DNA of 64,000 nucleotides from an uncultured archaeon (GCA_964430885.1 CAYSHM010000003.1:128001-192000), one strand, 5' to 3'. Counted from the stretch's first letter, positions 9,662-19,984 are shown. Notes: generated by a model not told the origin, from the sequence alone. Numbers and translations: made by a program.

Positions 9662-10867
9662 ATGAACAGACAAACAGAAAGAGGATTGATCGTTTCGGCA
9701 GTGGGATTCTTCTCGAGTATTTTCTTCGGCGTATTGGCTGCGGTGGGTGCGGGCACCGCCTGCTGTCTCATCGATATGATAGGGCTGTTCGGCCTTATCC
9801 TCATTTATATCGGGAGGTTTGACCACGGAAAATCCCACCAGACATTCGCAAAATATGCCATTATCATCTATATCGTAGTAAACCTGGGAATATTATTCTT
9901 CAATTTCACTGAGCCCGGCGTTCTGGAGGTCACTCTAATCAGTGGTGTTCAGATAGCCCTCCTCATGCTGGTGGCCTTCCTGATGGCGTTTAAATTGGTG
10001 GATTCCACGGGGAAACAGCTTCTGGCCTTGGGTCTGGTCCTAGGTGTTGTTGGTGCGGGTACTTTGACCTTCATGAGCATGCCAATTAATCAAGAAAACG
10101 ATGACATTCAATCCGAACTGGAAAAATTCATTGATGACAAGGATGAACGATCGGACGCCATGCTATCACCTTCAGTCATAAAGAAGGATTACAAGAACGA
10201 TATCAAGGAGAATGAGATCAACGATACCGAGAGCTACCAGCGTCTGAACCGGCTGTATATGGAATGGCGGAACCAGACAGATCTCAATCATTCGGCATAT
10301 ACCATAACAATTGCCGCTCTGGCGGATATCAACAGCACCCTTTATGAGCTCAATACCTCATTGAAGGAACCTGGGCACTCAACAAAGGACGAGAATCTGA
10401 CCCTTGAGCTTCTGAACATCACCATCAATATCAAGAAGGATGTCATAAACAATAACAGGGATTACTGGAACAAGACAAATGCAATACGCCTCCTTAAGGA
10501 CTATCTGGATAACGCGGAAGAAATGAACATGGTACTTCTGGCAAAGGCTCCCGGACTCCTTTTCTTCGGATTTGCATATCTGCGTTGCTATAAGCGGACA
10601 AAAAAATACAATGATGAACAGGAACTCCTCATGAAGCAGGAGAGACAGCGGCTCTTGGAAGAGCAAGCTCTGGCGGATAAGGACGATGAGCTTGAGGACG
10701 ATGAAGAGGAAGAAGATCCGAGGCCTGATGATAGGAAAAAAGGAACGGCCAAGGGTTCAAAGAAGAAATCCGGCGAAAAGAAAAAAACCTCTCGACCAGT
10801 GGAAGACGATGATGAGCTTGATGATATTATGAATATATCCGAAATTAAGAAGAAATACAGCAATTGA
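9662..10867 (+). CDS. Hypothetical membrane protein: several TM, a large external helical loop with N-glycosylation sequons, and a charged C-terminal tail
   Basis: Hydrophobicity pattern; NDT, NQT, NHS, NST, NLT, NIT and NKT sequons; GGTGG SD. Confidence 0.7.
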   Translation: MNRQTERGLIVSAVGFFSSIFFGVLAAVGAGTACCLIDMIGLFGLILIYIGRFDHGKSHQTFAKYAIIIYIVVNLGILFFNFTEPGVLEVTLISGVQIALLMLVAFLMAFKLVDSTGKQLLALGLVLGVVGAGTLTFMSMPINQENDDIQSELEKFIDDKDERSDAMLSPSVIKKDYKNDIKENEINDTESYQRLNRLYMEWRNQTDLNHSAYTITIAALADINSTLYELNTSLKEPGHSTKDENLTLELLNITINIKKDVINNNRDYWNKTNAIRLLKDYLDNAEEMNMVLLAKAPGLLFFGFAYLRCYKRTKKYNDEQELLMKQERQRLLEEQALADKDDELEDDEEEEDPRPDDRKKGTAKGSKKKSGEKKKTSRPVEDDDELDDIMNISEIKKKYSN

Positions 10868-10874
10868 ACAAGAG

Positions 10875-11810
10875 GTGGCCATAATGAAAAAGGACGTAAT
10901 ATCTATTCTGGACATAGAGGATCAGATAATGGGTCTGATAGAAGCTTCCATCAAGATCAAGCAGAAGATTAAAAATTCCGAGAGATACACACCCATGGAA
11001 GGGATGACACTGGGAATGCTCTTCGAGAAACCGTCCACCAGAACCCGTATTTCCTTTGAAGTGGGCGCGACACAGCTTGGCGGTCATGCCATCTATCTCG
11101 GGACCAATGACCTTCAGCTGGGAAGGGGCGAGACCATCGGTGATACCGGCCGGGTAATATCAAGATATGTCGATATTGTTATGTACCGAGCTTACGAACA
11201 TTCCAATGTTGTTGAATTGGCTAGAAGCTCTACAGTACCTGTGATAAATGCCCTGGACAATATCGAACACCCATGCCAGATTCTTGCGGATTTTCAGACC
11301 ATATATGAGAAGAAACATAGGCTCCAAGGAATCAAACTAACTTATGTCGGGGACGGAAACAACGTATGCAATTCCCTGCTGTTGGGAGCTGCCTGTGCCG
11401 GTATGGACATTGTGGTTGGGACCCCTGAGATTTTCCGGCCTCCAGCCTCCATAGTGGAAAAAGCAAAGTTCATTGCAGGCAAGAACGGCAGCACCGTCAA
11501 GATCACAAGTTCACCCCAGGAGGCTGTTGATGATGCGGATGTGATTTATACCGATACGTGGGTCTCCATGGGTGACAAGAACGCTGATGAGCGCAAGAAA
11601 GCTCTTACCCCATTTCAGGTAAACAGAGAACTGGTCAGTCTGGCCAGGGACGACTATATTTTCATGCACTGCCTGCCTGCTCACAGAGGTGAAGAGGTTA
11701 CAAACGAGATAATCGATTCACGTCGATCAGTGGTCATAGACGAGGCCGAGAACAGACTGCATGCACAGAAGGCATTAATGCTGTATCTCCTAGGACTTCT
11801 GAAGCTGTGA
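10875..11810 (+). CDS. argF: Ornithine carbamoyltransferase
   Basis: STRTR, HPCQ, DTWVSMG, HCLP and AENR motifs. Confidence 0.97.
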   Translation: MAIMKKDVISILDIEDQIMGLIEASIKIKQKIKNSERYTPMEGMTLGMLFEKPSTRTRISFEVGATQLGGHAIYLGTNDLQLGRGETIGDTGRVISRYVDIVMYRAYEHSNVVELARSSTVPVINALDNIEHPCQILADFQTIYEKKHRLQGIKLTYVGDGNNVCNSLLLGAACAGMDIVVGTPEIFRPPASIVEKAKFIAGKNGSTVKITSSPQEAVDDADVIYTDTWVSMGDKNADERKKALTPFQVNRELVSLARDDYIFMHCLPAHRGEEVTNEIIDSRRSVVIDEAENRLHAQKALMLYLLGLLKL

Positions 11811-11845
11811 ATGAACAATTTTGGCAATTACTCTAATATACCGTT

Positions 11846-12334
11846 TTAAAAAAATTTCTTCACCAAAGCGGCCATCCTCCTGCCATAGCGTAAGCACTCC
11901 TCCCTAGCCCTTTCATCAGGCTTCCCTACTGAGACTGGTCCGTAATGACTTCCTTTAGGGTCTCCCATCAGGACCATTCCATGGACCATGAACATCTGAA
12001 GAATACCCATTATTGTAGTCTCGTTACCTCCGGCCAAATTCGCACTGGATGTGAAAGCTCCGCCCACCTTTCCCTCAAGTTTTCCGTGATAGACGACGCT
12101 GCGGTCTAAAAGATCCTTGACCTGATAGGCCGAAGCACCGTAATAGGTCGGGGAACCTATTATGATCCCCTGAAATTCAAGCATGGCCGAGGGCTCAGCT
12201 TCATCTATGTCCATAACGTGAGCTTCCAAACCCTCTTCCACTATCCCCTTTCCTATCAATCTAGCCATTTCTTCAGTATTCCCACTTCTGGAATAATATA
12301 AAATCAGTATTCTCGACATTTTCTTCAACTCCAA
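11846..12334 (-). CDS. WrbA-like flavodoxin / NAD(P)H-dependent oxidoreductase
   Basis: YYSRSGNT FMN loop, GSPTYYG, GGNETT. Confidence 0.88.
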   Translation of the reverse strand: MELKKMSRILILYYSRSGNTEEMARLIGKGIVEEGLEAHVMDIDEAEPSAMLEFQGIIIGSPTYYGASAYQVKDLLDRSVVYHGKLEGKVGGAFTSSANLAGGNETTIMGILQMFMVHGMVLMGDPKGSHYGPVSVGKPDERAREECLRYGRRMAALVKKFF

Positions 12335-12363
12335 TTTTCAATAAAAAATATTAAATTCCGATA

Positions 12364-13566
12364 TCAAAGATCAATCCCGTATGACTCTTTGAGCTTTCCC
12401 CTTATTTTCACAGGAACATTCCCCTCGATATCCGTAAACCTTATACGGCTGAACTCCCCAAGTCCAAGGTCTAGCTGGGTAAGGGTCTGCCATATCCTAT
12501 CCTGCACCATTCCCTTTTCATTAACAAGTTTTTTCAAAAGTGGTTCCACAACCCTCATATCGCCTAATTCAGAAAATGCTTTAGCCACTTCCCAACGAAC
12601 ATGCATATCATCATCGGACAGCAATTTCAGTAAGGGATCAAATACAGGGATATCCGACGAAGGCACCAATCTTCCCAGAGCCTTTGCTGAAGCCCTCCTC
12701 ACCCGGGGATTTTTATCAGAAAGTGTCTGAATTATTCCCTGTACCCCTCCTGTGTCCCCGATTTCCCCTAGGGTCCAAACCGCGCCTTCTCTAATATTGG
12801 CATCTTCATGGGAAAGGGCATCAAGCAAACTGGTAACGGCCATTCCTCCGAACTCCACCAAGGTTCGAGCTGCTGCCCGTTGCAGTGGGGGTTTCTTGTG
12901 AGACAGCTCAATTACACTGAGACTGTCATCGGTTTCGGCCTGTGATAATAAAGGAATGATACAGGCAATGCTCCCTTTGTCCCGTATCTTGCCGAGGGCG
13001 CTCAGAGCAGCCCTTACTACGTCAGATGAGGGGTCTGACAGCATGGGTAAGATATATTCGGCGTAATCCCCGGGATGATTGACCGCAATACGGCCTATGG
13101 CCCTGAGACATGCATATCTTACATATCTGTTTTCACTGATCAAGTTATGAATCAGTACGTCCTTTTCATCAGTACCTACCAGGCTCTCAATGGTCTTCAT
13201 CAACTGCATCCTACTACACTCATCATCAGAATCCAGTTGGTCGAAAAGAGCAGCCATAGGGGAATTGCTCCCATCCCTTTTCAGGGGATGACATCTTTGG
13301 CATGAATGTAGAATACCTTCCTTGGTGATCATCCATTCATCCTGCAGTTCCATTACCCTGTCGGACCGGCCGCAGGTAGGACATGTGTACGGGGATTCAT
13401 CTGGCGATTCACCATCCGAACCATTGATCAAGCGCATACTATGGGAGCAGTGATCACATATCCAAAAGGGAAGCGGTCTTACGGCAATGGAGACCTGCCC
13501 CTGATTGGGAGAATGAAGTTCAACTATCATGTCGGCATTGCATTTAGGGCACTTTAAGTAAACCAC
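12364..13566 (-). CDS. HEAT-repeat (PBS-lyase-like) protein with N-terminal zinc ribbons
   Basis: Four CxxC motifs (CPKC, CDHC, CPTC, CQRC), then LxDxxxxVRxxAxxALG repeats. Confidence 0.85.
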   Translation of the reverse strand: MVYLKCPKCNADMIVELHSPNQGQVSIAVRPLPFWICDHCSHSMRLINGSDGESPDESPYTCPTCGRSDRVMELQDEWMITKEGILHSCQRCHPLKRDGSNSPMAALFDQLDSDDECSRMQLMKTIESLVGTDEKDVLIHNLISENRYVRYACLRAIGRIAVNHPGDYAEYILPMLSDPSSDVVRAALSALGKIRDKGSIACIIPLLSQAETDDSLSVIELSHKKPPLQRAAARTLVEFGGMAVTSLLDALSHEDANIREGAVWTLGEIGDTGGVQGIIQTLSDKNPRVRRASAKALGRLVPSSDIPVFDPLLKLLSDDDMHVRWEVAKAFSELGDMRVVEPLLKKLVNEKGMVQDRIWQTLTQLDLGLGEFSRIRFTDIEGNVPVKIRGKLKESYGIDL

Positions 13567-13617
13567 CTCAATTACGATTCTTACTGAGCCAATGGTGTGA
13601 AGATATTATTATTGCCC

Positions 13618-14559
13618 TCAATCTTCCTTATCGTCATCAGCATCAACATTATCATGAACCTCTGATTTTGTGCCGCCGTCCTTCTTTTTGGGAAATTTGA
13701 ACCTCCCCTTCACTATCTTCCCCTTGTCCCGTTTATGCAGATCTATCAGGTCAAACAGATTCTCCAAGGCCTCCGGCAGTATCTTGAATGAATAGATCAC
13801 AATCCCTATCAAAACTATAAATGAGAATATCTTACCCAGCCAATTATGGGCCAGATCGAAAGCATCCATTCCGGTTCCAAAACTGATGTCCTCGGCATTG
13901 AGATAGATAATAGCAACATTCCTGAACTGGTTTGCCAAATATATTATAGGTACTGTTATCAGAAAGCCGTAGAACTTCCTTTTTAAAGGTGCTTTAAGGA
14001 ACACATTGAAGATGAAGAAAAGGACAATGGCCTGGATTCCTGTACAAGCCAGTATTATGGTGATGCCTCCGTCCTCAATTGGAACCCTGATCATATCGGA
14101 ATCAAATAGCAGTTCGCCCAGGGACACTTCGGCTCCGAAGGGCTGATAACCAATCCATTGAATTATCTTTACCGTCTGCCAGGCGGTTGCATATATTATC
14201 CCGCCAGATACCCATTTTATCTTATCAATGGCGAAATATATCAACGCTGTGACCGCGGTGGCCTTTGCCGCCCATTCCATGGAAAGCAGATATTCATCCT
14301 TAGAATAGTTCTCCCACTCATGATAACCCAAGTATCCGAACACTGCCACGCCCATCAAGGTGAAAATACCGTTCGTGGGGTTAGCCTCTTTGGTAAAATA
14401 TAGTGCCGTCAAGACCATCCAGAATACTGCATATCCAAAGTATCCGATGGATGCTAGGAGATGTCTCTTCCTGCCACGGAGGAGATATGCAATACCCATT
14501 ACTAGCAGGAATATAATCAGATAGACATCCACAATGGTCATGAACTGGCCGTATTTCAT
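13618..14559 (-). CDS. artA: Archaeosortase A
   Basis: Multi-TM protein with IILACTGIQ (catalytic Cys), NQFRN (Arg) and AHNWLGK. Exact start uncertain (14541/14559/14601). Confidence 0.88.
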   Translation of the reverse strand: MKYGQFMTIVDVYLIIFLLVMGIAYLLRGRKRHLLASIGYFGYAVFWMVLTALYFTKEANPTNGIFTLMGVAVFGYLGYHEWENYSKDEYLLSMEWAAKATAVTALIYFAIDKIKWVSGGIIYATAWQTVKIIQWIGYQPFGAEVSLGELLFDSDMIRVPIEDGGITIILACTGIQAIVLFFIFNVFLKAPLKRKFYGFLITVPIIYLANQFRNVAIIYLNAEDISFGTGMDAFDLAHNWLGKIFSFIVLIGIVIYSFKILPEALENLFDLIDLHKRDKGKIVKGRFKFPKKKDGGTKSEVHDNVDADDDKED

Positions 14560-14673
14560 TTTGGTACACCGATAAAACACTGCTTGGACTGAAAATATCA
14601 TCCGATTGAATATACCATGCTAAAGTAGTTCATGTTTTAAAAAATGAAACCTCCGGATTAGAAAAGTTAGAGA

Positions 14674-15216
14674 TTATTCCTTTTTAACCTTATCATATAT
14701 TCCTTTGATGATGGGATTCTTAACTGTCAATTCAAAATCTGCACCGGGCTGTATTTTCTCCAGTTCCAAGATAATGCTAACCAGATCCTTGTAGGCCAGA
14801 TCTGAGCTTCCGCTGATCATATATAGCTCCTGGCCGCCTCTATCCTTTAGGGATAGGCCCTCTGGACAAGGTCCAGAATGGTGACCTTTTACCTCTATCC
14901 TGCGAGTCTCCACTGCACTGATATCACGAATATTCACATCAAATTCCACATTCTTACCCAGAATGAACTTCCAGCTTCCCTCATCCAGGTACAGGTGCCT
15001 CATCCTGCCGGCCCTAATCGCTCCGATTACAAAGAGAGCTCCTGCCACAAATAGCACGATTGCTATTGGTAAAAACAGAAAACTGTCCTCTACAAATATC
15101 ATTGTAGCGCACACACCCGCGCCCACCAGGATGAACAGGGCGATTATTATCAGCAGTATTAGGACAAACCAGTTTCTCTTATGAAGTTCGAACATTGAAA
15201 ACCTCCGTAATATCAA
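14674..15216 (-). CDS. Hypothetical protein with two TM and a PH-like beta domain
   Basis: Two hydrophobic helices, then a soluble beta-rich region. The ORF-track start overlaps the MTase stop. Confidence 0.6.
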   Translation of the reverse strand: MILRRFSMFELHKRNWFVLILLIIIALFILVGAGVCATMIFVEDSFLFLPIAIVLFVAGALFVIGAIRAGRMRHLYLDEGSWKFILGKNVEFDVNIRDISAVETRRIEVKGHHSGPCPEGLSLKDRGGQELYMISGSSDLAYKDLVSIILELEKIQPGADFELTVKNPIIKGIYDKVKKE

Positions 15217-16265
15217 ATTTTCAGGTTTGAGCGGTAGACCCTATGATTCCCATCATCATTTGACCTCTCCATCCAAACCTTTTCAACAAGAGGAATCGCT
15301 ATCGCTGATTCCTGTTTTGTGACAATTCCGAAATCGTATTGTGATGAGCGGTGTTCAGAGCGGCCATCATCAAAATAATTTTCAGCGAATTCCTCGTGTG
15401 CGGACAAACGGCCTGCTTTCAGTCTGCTTGACAGCTCAGGCGCATCCATCATCCGGTCATGGATCAGTGTAGAAAGGCTCTCATCCACGTCATATCCTAT
15501 AAAATTCCGCCCGGTGCAGATGGACGATACTGCTGATGTGCCTGTGCCCAAGAAGGGATCCAGTATTGTATCCCCATGAATGCTGAACATATTTATGAGG
15601 CGGTAAGGTAGCTCAATGGGAAAGGCCGCTGACCGCTGGCGGATGTTGTTCCTCGACATATCCTGAGAAACACCCTTGACATCCTCCCAAACGCCCGTGA
15701 ACCATTTATTCCTTTCCTCCCAGAAGTAACCGCTCATGGATCGGATGGATTTTTCTTCATGGGTGAACTCTCTTTTTCCGCCTTTTCTGAATATCAGAAT
15801 GAATTCATGGTCCATGGTCACGTAAGCATTACTGGGGAGCATACCCGAACCCATAAATTTGTTTGGCTTGTTGCCCTCCTTTTTCCAGATGATGTAGGGA
15901 AGGGGATTGAATCCAATTTCGGTCAAGATGTTGGTGAGGATCGTATGGTTGGGGTAGAGTTTGAACTCGGCGCCTATCTTCCGTGTGGCATCACCTATAT
16001 TGACACAGACCAAACCGCCTCCAGCCAAAACCCTATAGCATTCCTCCCAAATGGGTTTCAAACAGAGGTGCATTGCCGTGCAGGCCGCCATGCCGTCATA
16101 AGAATCCAAAAGGGTCCTGACTTCTGGGTCCATATCCGAGAAAACACCATCCCACATCTCAACCATAGGGTAGGGCGGAGAGGTAACAATAAGATCTACG
16201 GATCCGTTCTCAATTTGCTTCATATCAACGGAACTAGTGAAATATATATGGTGGTCAGTGATCAT
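15213..16265 (-). CDS. Beta-class N4-cytosine/N6-adenine DNA methyltransferase, orphan
   Basis: TSPPY (motif IV) lies N-terminal to DPFLGTGT (motif I). Start placed at the ATG at 16265. Confidence 0.92.
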   Translation of the reverse strand: MITDHHIYFTSSVDMKQIENGSVDLIVTSPPYPMVEMWDGVFSDMDPEVRTLLDSYDGMAACTAMHLCLKPIWEECYRVLAGGGLVCVNIGDATRKIGAEFKLYPNHTILTNILTEIGFNPLPYIIWKKEGNKPNKFMGSGMLPSNAYVTMDHEFILIFRKGGKREFTHEEKSIRSMSGYFWEERNKWFTGVWEDVKGVSQDMSRNNIRQRSAAFPIELPYRLINMFSIHGDTILDPFLGTGTSAVSSICTGRNFIGYDVDESLSTLIHDRMMDAPELSSRLKAGRLSAHEEFAENYFDDGRSEHRSSQYDFGIVTKQESAIAIPLVEKVWMERSNDDGNHRVYRSNLKI

Positions 16266-16281
16266 GATATTCAATCCTGAA

Positions 16282-17295
16282 TTATTCAGAGGAGCGCAAA
16301 AGTTCATTCAGAGATACATCTTTTCTGAGCAGGTAAAGGGGTTCATCCGACATCTCAATTATTATGCGGTCGTTCCTTTCAAAGGGATACTCGTTGAAAC
16401 CGTCCAGAGAGATTATACCGCTGGCCATATCCGAAACAATGACCAATTTACTGGTAAAACCCATTTTTAGGTTCACCCGGTCCATGGGCTCTCTAACTAT
16501 ATAGAAGAATTTTCCGGCATCCCTCTCAACTGAATACTTGAACTCCTCCATGATATTCTCATATCTTGTTGGGCCGGGATTGATCTGATCATATAGTATC
16601 CCATCTGATCCCGTAATGCGTTTGTTATTCCCGCCGCCATTAGGACGTGTCTGGCCGTGATAACAGTGATCGCAGAGCACGTAGCTTATCCATCCGCTCA
16701 TGCCGTGATAGGTGGAGGTTATCAATCCAGAGGAGCGCTGCCATTCCTCTTTTATGTCTCCCTCCCCCCCCTCATCTTCATGGACCAGGATCACATACTT
16801 GGATGGACGCCCGAAAAGATCATTGCCTATAGCGTACTCATTGAATGCCAGGTCCACCGGGATTGTGATGCCTGTAGCCCGTTCTATCCGGGCTTCAAGC
16901 CTTTGATATCGTGAAAAATGAGATGCCAGGGCGGATATTCGTTCTCCTTTACTGCGGACTTCCAAAGCCAGTTTCAGCATCAGCTTGGGAAGGTTTCCGT
17001 TCTCCCTTTCCATGGGGTCTTTGGCCGATAGGCCCATAAAGTGCCCCACACTCCTTTCACCGCATGAATGGATACCGACTATGAAACCTTCCTTTAGATA
17101 ATGTGTCAAGGTGAAAAGAGTACCATCGCCCCCGAGAGTAAAGTAGAGGGATACGCCCTCAAGGTCGGCATGATTGAGGTTGTTCCTTGACAATATCAAT
17201 AGATCCATATCCTCTCTTTTTCCGAAGAAAGCCCTTAACCTTTCAACCAATATGGAATGCTGGAGTTCCTCACTGCAGACAAGAACTATTCTCAT
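16282..17295 (-). CDS. Divergent NAD kinase / diacylglycerol-kinase-fold protein
   Basis: GGDGT, NEY, QRSSGLITST and SLDG motifs. Confidence 0.75.
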   Translation of the reverse strand: MRIVLVCSEELQHSILVERLRAFFGKREDMDLLILSRNNLNHADLEGVSLYFTLGGDGTLFTLTHYLKEGFIVGIHSCGERSVGHFMGLSAKDPMERENGNLPKLMLKLALEVRSKGERISALASHFSRYQRLEARIERATGITIPVDLAFNEYAIGNDLFGRPSKYVILVHEDEGGEGDIKEEWQRSSGLITSTYHGMSGWISYVLCDHCYHGQTRPNGGGNNKRITGSDGILYDQINPGPTRYENIMEEFKYSVERDAGKFFYIVREPMDRVNLKMGFTSKLVIVSDMASGIISLDGFNEYPFERNDRIIIEMSDEPLYLLRKDVSLNELLRSSE

Positions 17296-17562
17296 AGTTT
17301 TCACACCTGAACTGAACCTCGATCGCCCTAATATGGCCTATTATCCCTGGGGGAACTTGAGACAGTTAAGTATTCTACCCCATATATAAATATGGGCATA
17401 TACAGTCAGTTAGATGAAGTTTTCACTAAAACGAGGATTTTTTAGGTAAAAATAAATCATATAAAAACAATATTATTATTTCGAAGGCATTAATGATGAT
17501 TACATTGTAATATCTCATGAAACTCTACACATATATTGTATACAAATATCAAGGGTGGTCGA

Positions 17563-19983
17563 TTGAAAAAAGTATTAGTATTCCTTATTGCAGTAATATT
17601 ACTAGTTATACCGGGCGTACACGCCATAACCGGTCTTGGGACCGAAATGAAGAACGATCGAACATTGAAGGACCTTCCACCAGTCTATTGGAAAAATATG
17701 GACGGATACATTACCACTGGAATCGACTTCAGCGGTTACGATGAATATACATTTGAGTACTTTAGACCAAATCGTCCTCTATATGTTGTGGATCACTATC
17801 TAAGAGAGAAAATGGACCTTGCTGGCAGTGAAGAGCTCATTGAGGTAATTGTTCAATTCCAGGATGATATAGAAGAGAGTGATTATAGTTATCTCTCCAA
17901 GCTGGGAATTGAGGTAAAACATGTTTTTGACTCCTTTGAGGTCATTTACTGCCTCTGTACCAAATTGCAGATCGAGAAGCTCTCCAATAACCCACGGGTT
18001 TTCTATATGGAGTACAACGAGAAGCTTGAGTACTTTATGGACATGTCATTGGAGACCATCAAGGCCACTAATACCTGGTATTCTATGGTAGAGGATGCTA
18101 CAGGAGGATACAGCGGACCGATCGACGGGGCCGGGATCACCTGTGTGGTTGTGGACTCCGGCGTGGATGCAGGCCATCCAGATCTAGATTACAAGGAGAA
18201 GACCATCCTCAATATGAAATCAGATACCAACCTTGTTTGGACCGAGATGGAGAACACGGATACCTCTTCTGGACATGGAACCCACTGCGCCGGAACTGTG
18301 GCCGGTAACGGAGATGCTTCAGGTGGTGCGAGAAAAGGGGTGGCTCCCGGCGCAAATCTCATAGGATTATCCACTGGGGAAGGGGTGGCCATTCTCAATG
18401 CTCTCGGTGCCCTGAACTGGGTACACGAGAATTCAAGACCATACAACAATCCCTATAATATAAGACTCTGTACCAACAGCTGGGGTGCCGGGGGAGGAAC
18501 CTACAGTCCCAATGATTCCATATCTGTGGCAATCAATAAGATCACCTACGAGAACAATGTGGTATGTGTCTTTGCTGCCGGGAACTCAGGCGGGGACGGA
18601 AGCACAATTCAGTCCAGCAATTACGGCAATACTCCCTCGGCCATATGCGTAGCTGCTTCCGAGCGAGACGGATCCGGAATATCCGATTTCTCATCAAGGG
18701 GGAAATTCGGGCTCAACAGCACCTATCCCGATATTGCCGCACCGGGCGTGAGCATCTGGTCAACTGCTGCTAGGAGGACTCTTATCAGCGCTATGACCAA
18801 AGGACCCGTTATCGATCCCTACTATTTTGCAATTTCAGGTACAAGCATGGCCACACCTCATGTTGCGGGATTGGTATGTTTGCTCTGGCAGGCCTGCCCA
18901 TCCATGAAAATATCCTATATGCGGGACCACTATTCGGGAGATGAATTTACCGACTGGTGGACCCGAGAGGATACTAAAATGCACGAGGTCGAGCTCATTC
19001 TAAAGGCTAGTGCTGACTACATGAATGCAACCGATGACAACGGCATACCAAACAACTACTCCATGGGATACTGGGGCAAGGGATATGACATATCACAGGG
19101 GTATGGATTGGTGAATGCACAAAAGGCCGTTGCATTGGCTTTAACCCTTCAAGAACTCAGAGAACGCGACTTTGATCAGGACGGATTACCCGATTTCCCC
19201 AATGCCTCGGTTTGCGATGCTAGAAAGCAGTATGAGAAGACCATCAAACTCAAGAATATCAATTATTCGACCTCAAAACTTCACGCTAACTGGGAAGGTG
19301 AATGGACTCGGTTTACCAACCAGACTAACAGTATCAATAACGTGGAGACCGACCAGAGTCATTATTTCTACGTTCCCAAGGAGGCGAACAGATTGATCGT
19401 CGACCTTACCTACAGGGCAATGGAGGCGTCAACAATTTCTGCGGTCAACCTTAATCTTGTCATTGACGCAAACATGGACGGGAGCATTGATTGGAGACAA
19501 CCTCCGGGGTCCAGTATGCTGAAGGGAGTGAAGCATAACGAAATAGACCTTACCAGCGGAGATCTCAGCAGTCACAGGGGCAAGGTTTGGATGGTCAATA
19601 TTGAAGGACGCGGTATAGATTTCACACTCTTGGATCTGCTCCAAGGTAGTGCATATGGGGAGGTAATGGCAGAATATGAGGTTGGATTCGAAATTCACCT
19701 TGAAGAGGGGAACGGCCCTATTTTCCTCGGCTATATGAACAATCAGTCAAGCTTCACCCCCCTGGAACCTATCCTTCAGGGAGGTTATTATCCTGATGGA
19801 GTAACAATGACGAAGGGCGTTTTCGACATGAGCGTCATAGTCCCCATTGGAGAAGAAGGGGGCAAACCTGCAGAGGAAAAAAAGAGCTCATTGTGGATGA
19901 TCTGGATCCTGCTTGCCCTTATAATTGCCGTCATCGCTGTGGCAGTATACAGGAAAAAGAAGAAGGGTGACGGCAGGGAATAA
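17563..19983 (+). CDS. Membrane-anchored subtilisin-family (S8) serine protease
   Basis: Catalytic triad VVDSGVD, HGTHCAGT, GTSMATPH; oxyanion AAGN; signal peptide; C-terminal TM plus RKKKK. Likely TTG start at 17563 after GGGTGG. Confidence 0.95.
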   Translation: MKKVLVFLIAVILLVIPGVHAITGLGTEMKNDRTLKDLPPVYWKNMDGYITTGIDFSGYDEYTFEYFRPNRPLYVVDHYLREKMDLAGSEELIEVIVQFQDDIEESDYSYLSKLGIEVKHVFDSFEVIYCLCTKLQIEKLSNNPRVFYMEYNEKLEYFMDMSLETIKATNTWYSMVEDATGGYSGPIDGAGITCVVVDSGVDAGHPDLDYKEKTILNMKSDTNLVWTEMENTDTSSGHGTHCAGTVAGNGDASGGARKGVAPGANLIGLSTGEGVAILNALGALNWVHENSRPYNNPYNIRLCTNSWGAGGGTYSPNDSISVAINKITYENNVVCVFAAGNSGGDGSTIQSSNYGNTPSAICVAASERDGSGISDFSSRGKFGLNSTYPDIAAPGVSIWSTAARRTLISAMTKGPVIDPYYFAISGTSMATPHVAGLVCLLWQACPSMKISYMRDHYSGDEFTDWWTREDTKMHEVELILKASADYMNATDDNGIPNNYSMGYWGKGYDISQGYGLVNAQKAVALALTLQELRERDFDQDGLPDFPNASVCDARKQYEKTIKLKNINYSTSKLHANWEGEWTRFTNQTNSINNVETDQSHYFYVPKEANRLIVDLTYRAMEASTISAVNLNLVIDANMDGSIDWRQPPGSSMLKGVKHNEIDLTSGDLSSHRGKVWMVNIEGRGIDFTLLDLLQGSAYGEVMAEYEVGFEIHLEEGNGPIFLGYMNNQSSFTPLEPILQGGYYPDGVTMTKGVFDMSVIVPIGEEGGKPAEEKKSSLWMIWILLALIIAVIAVAVYRKKKKGDGRE

Positions 19984-19984
19984 T

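Noticed and set aside
17378-17395. Inverted repeat CCCATAT-ATAA-ATATGGG between divergent genes
   Set aside because: A single short palindrome around a TATA-like sequence; no second copy or regulator supports an operator call.
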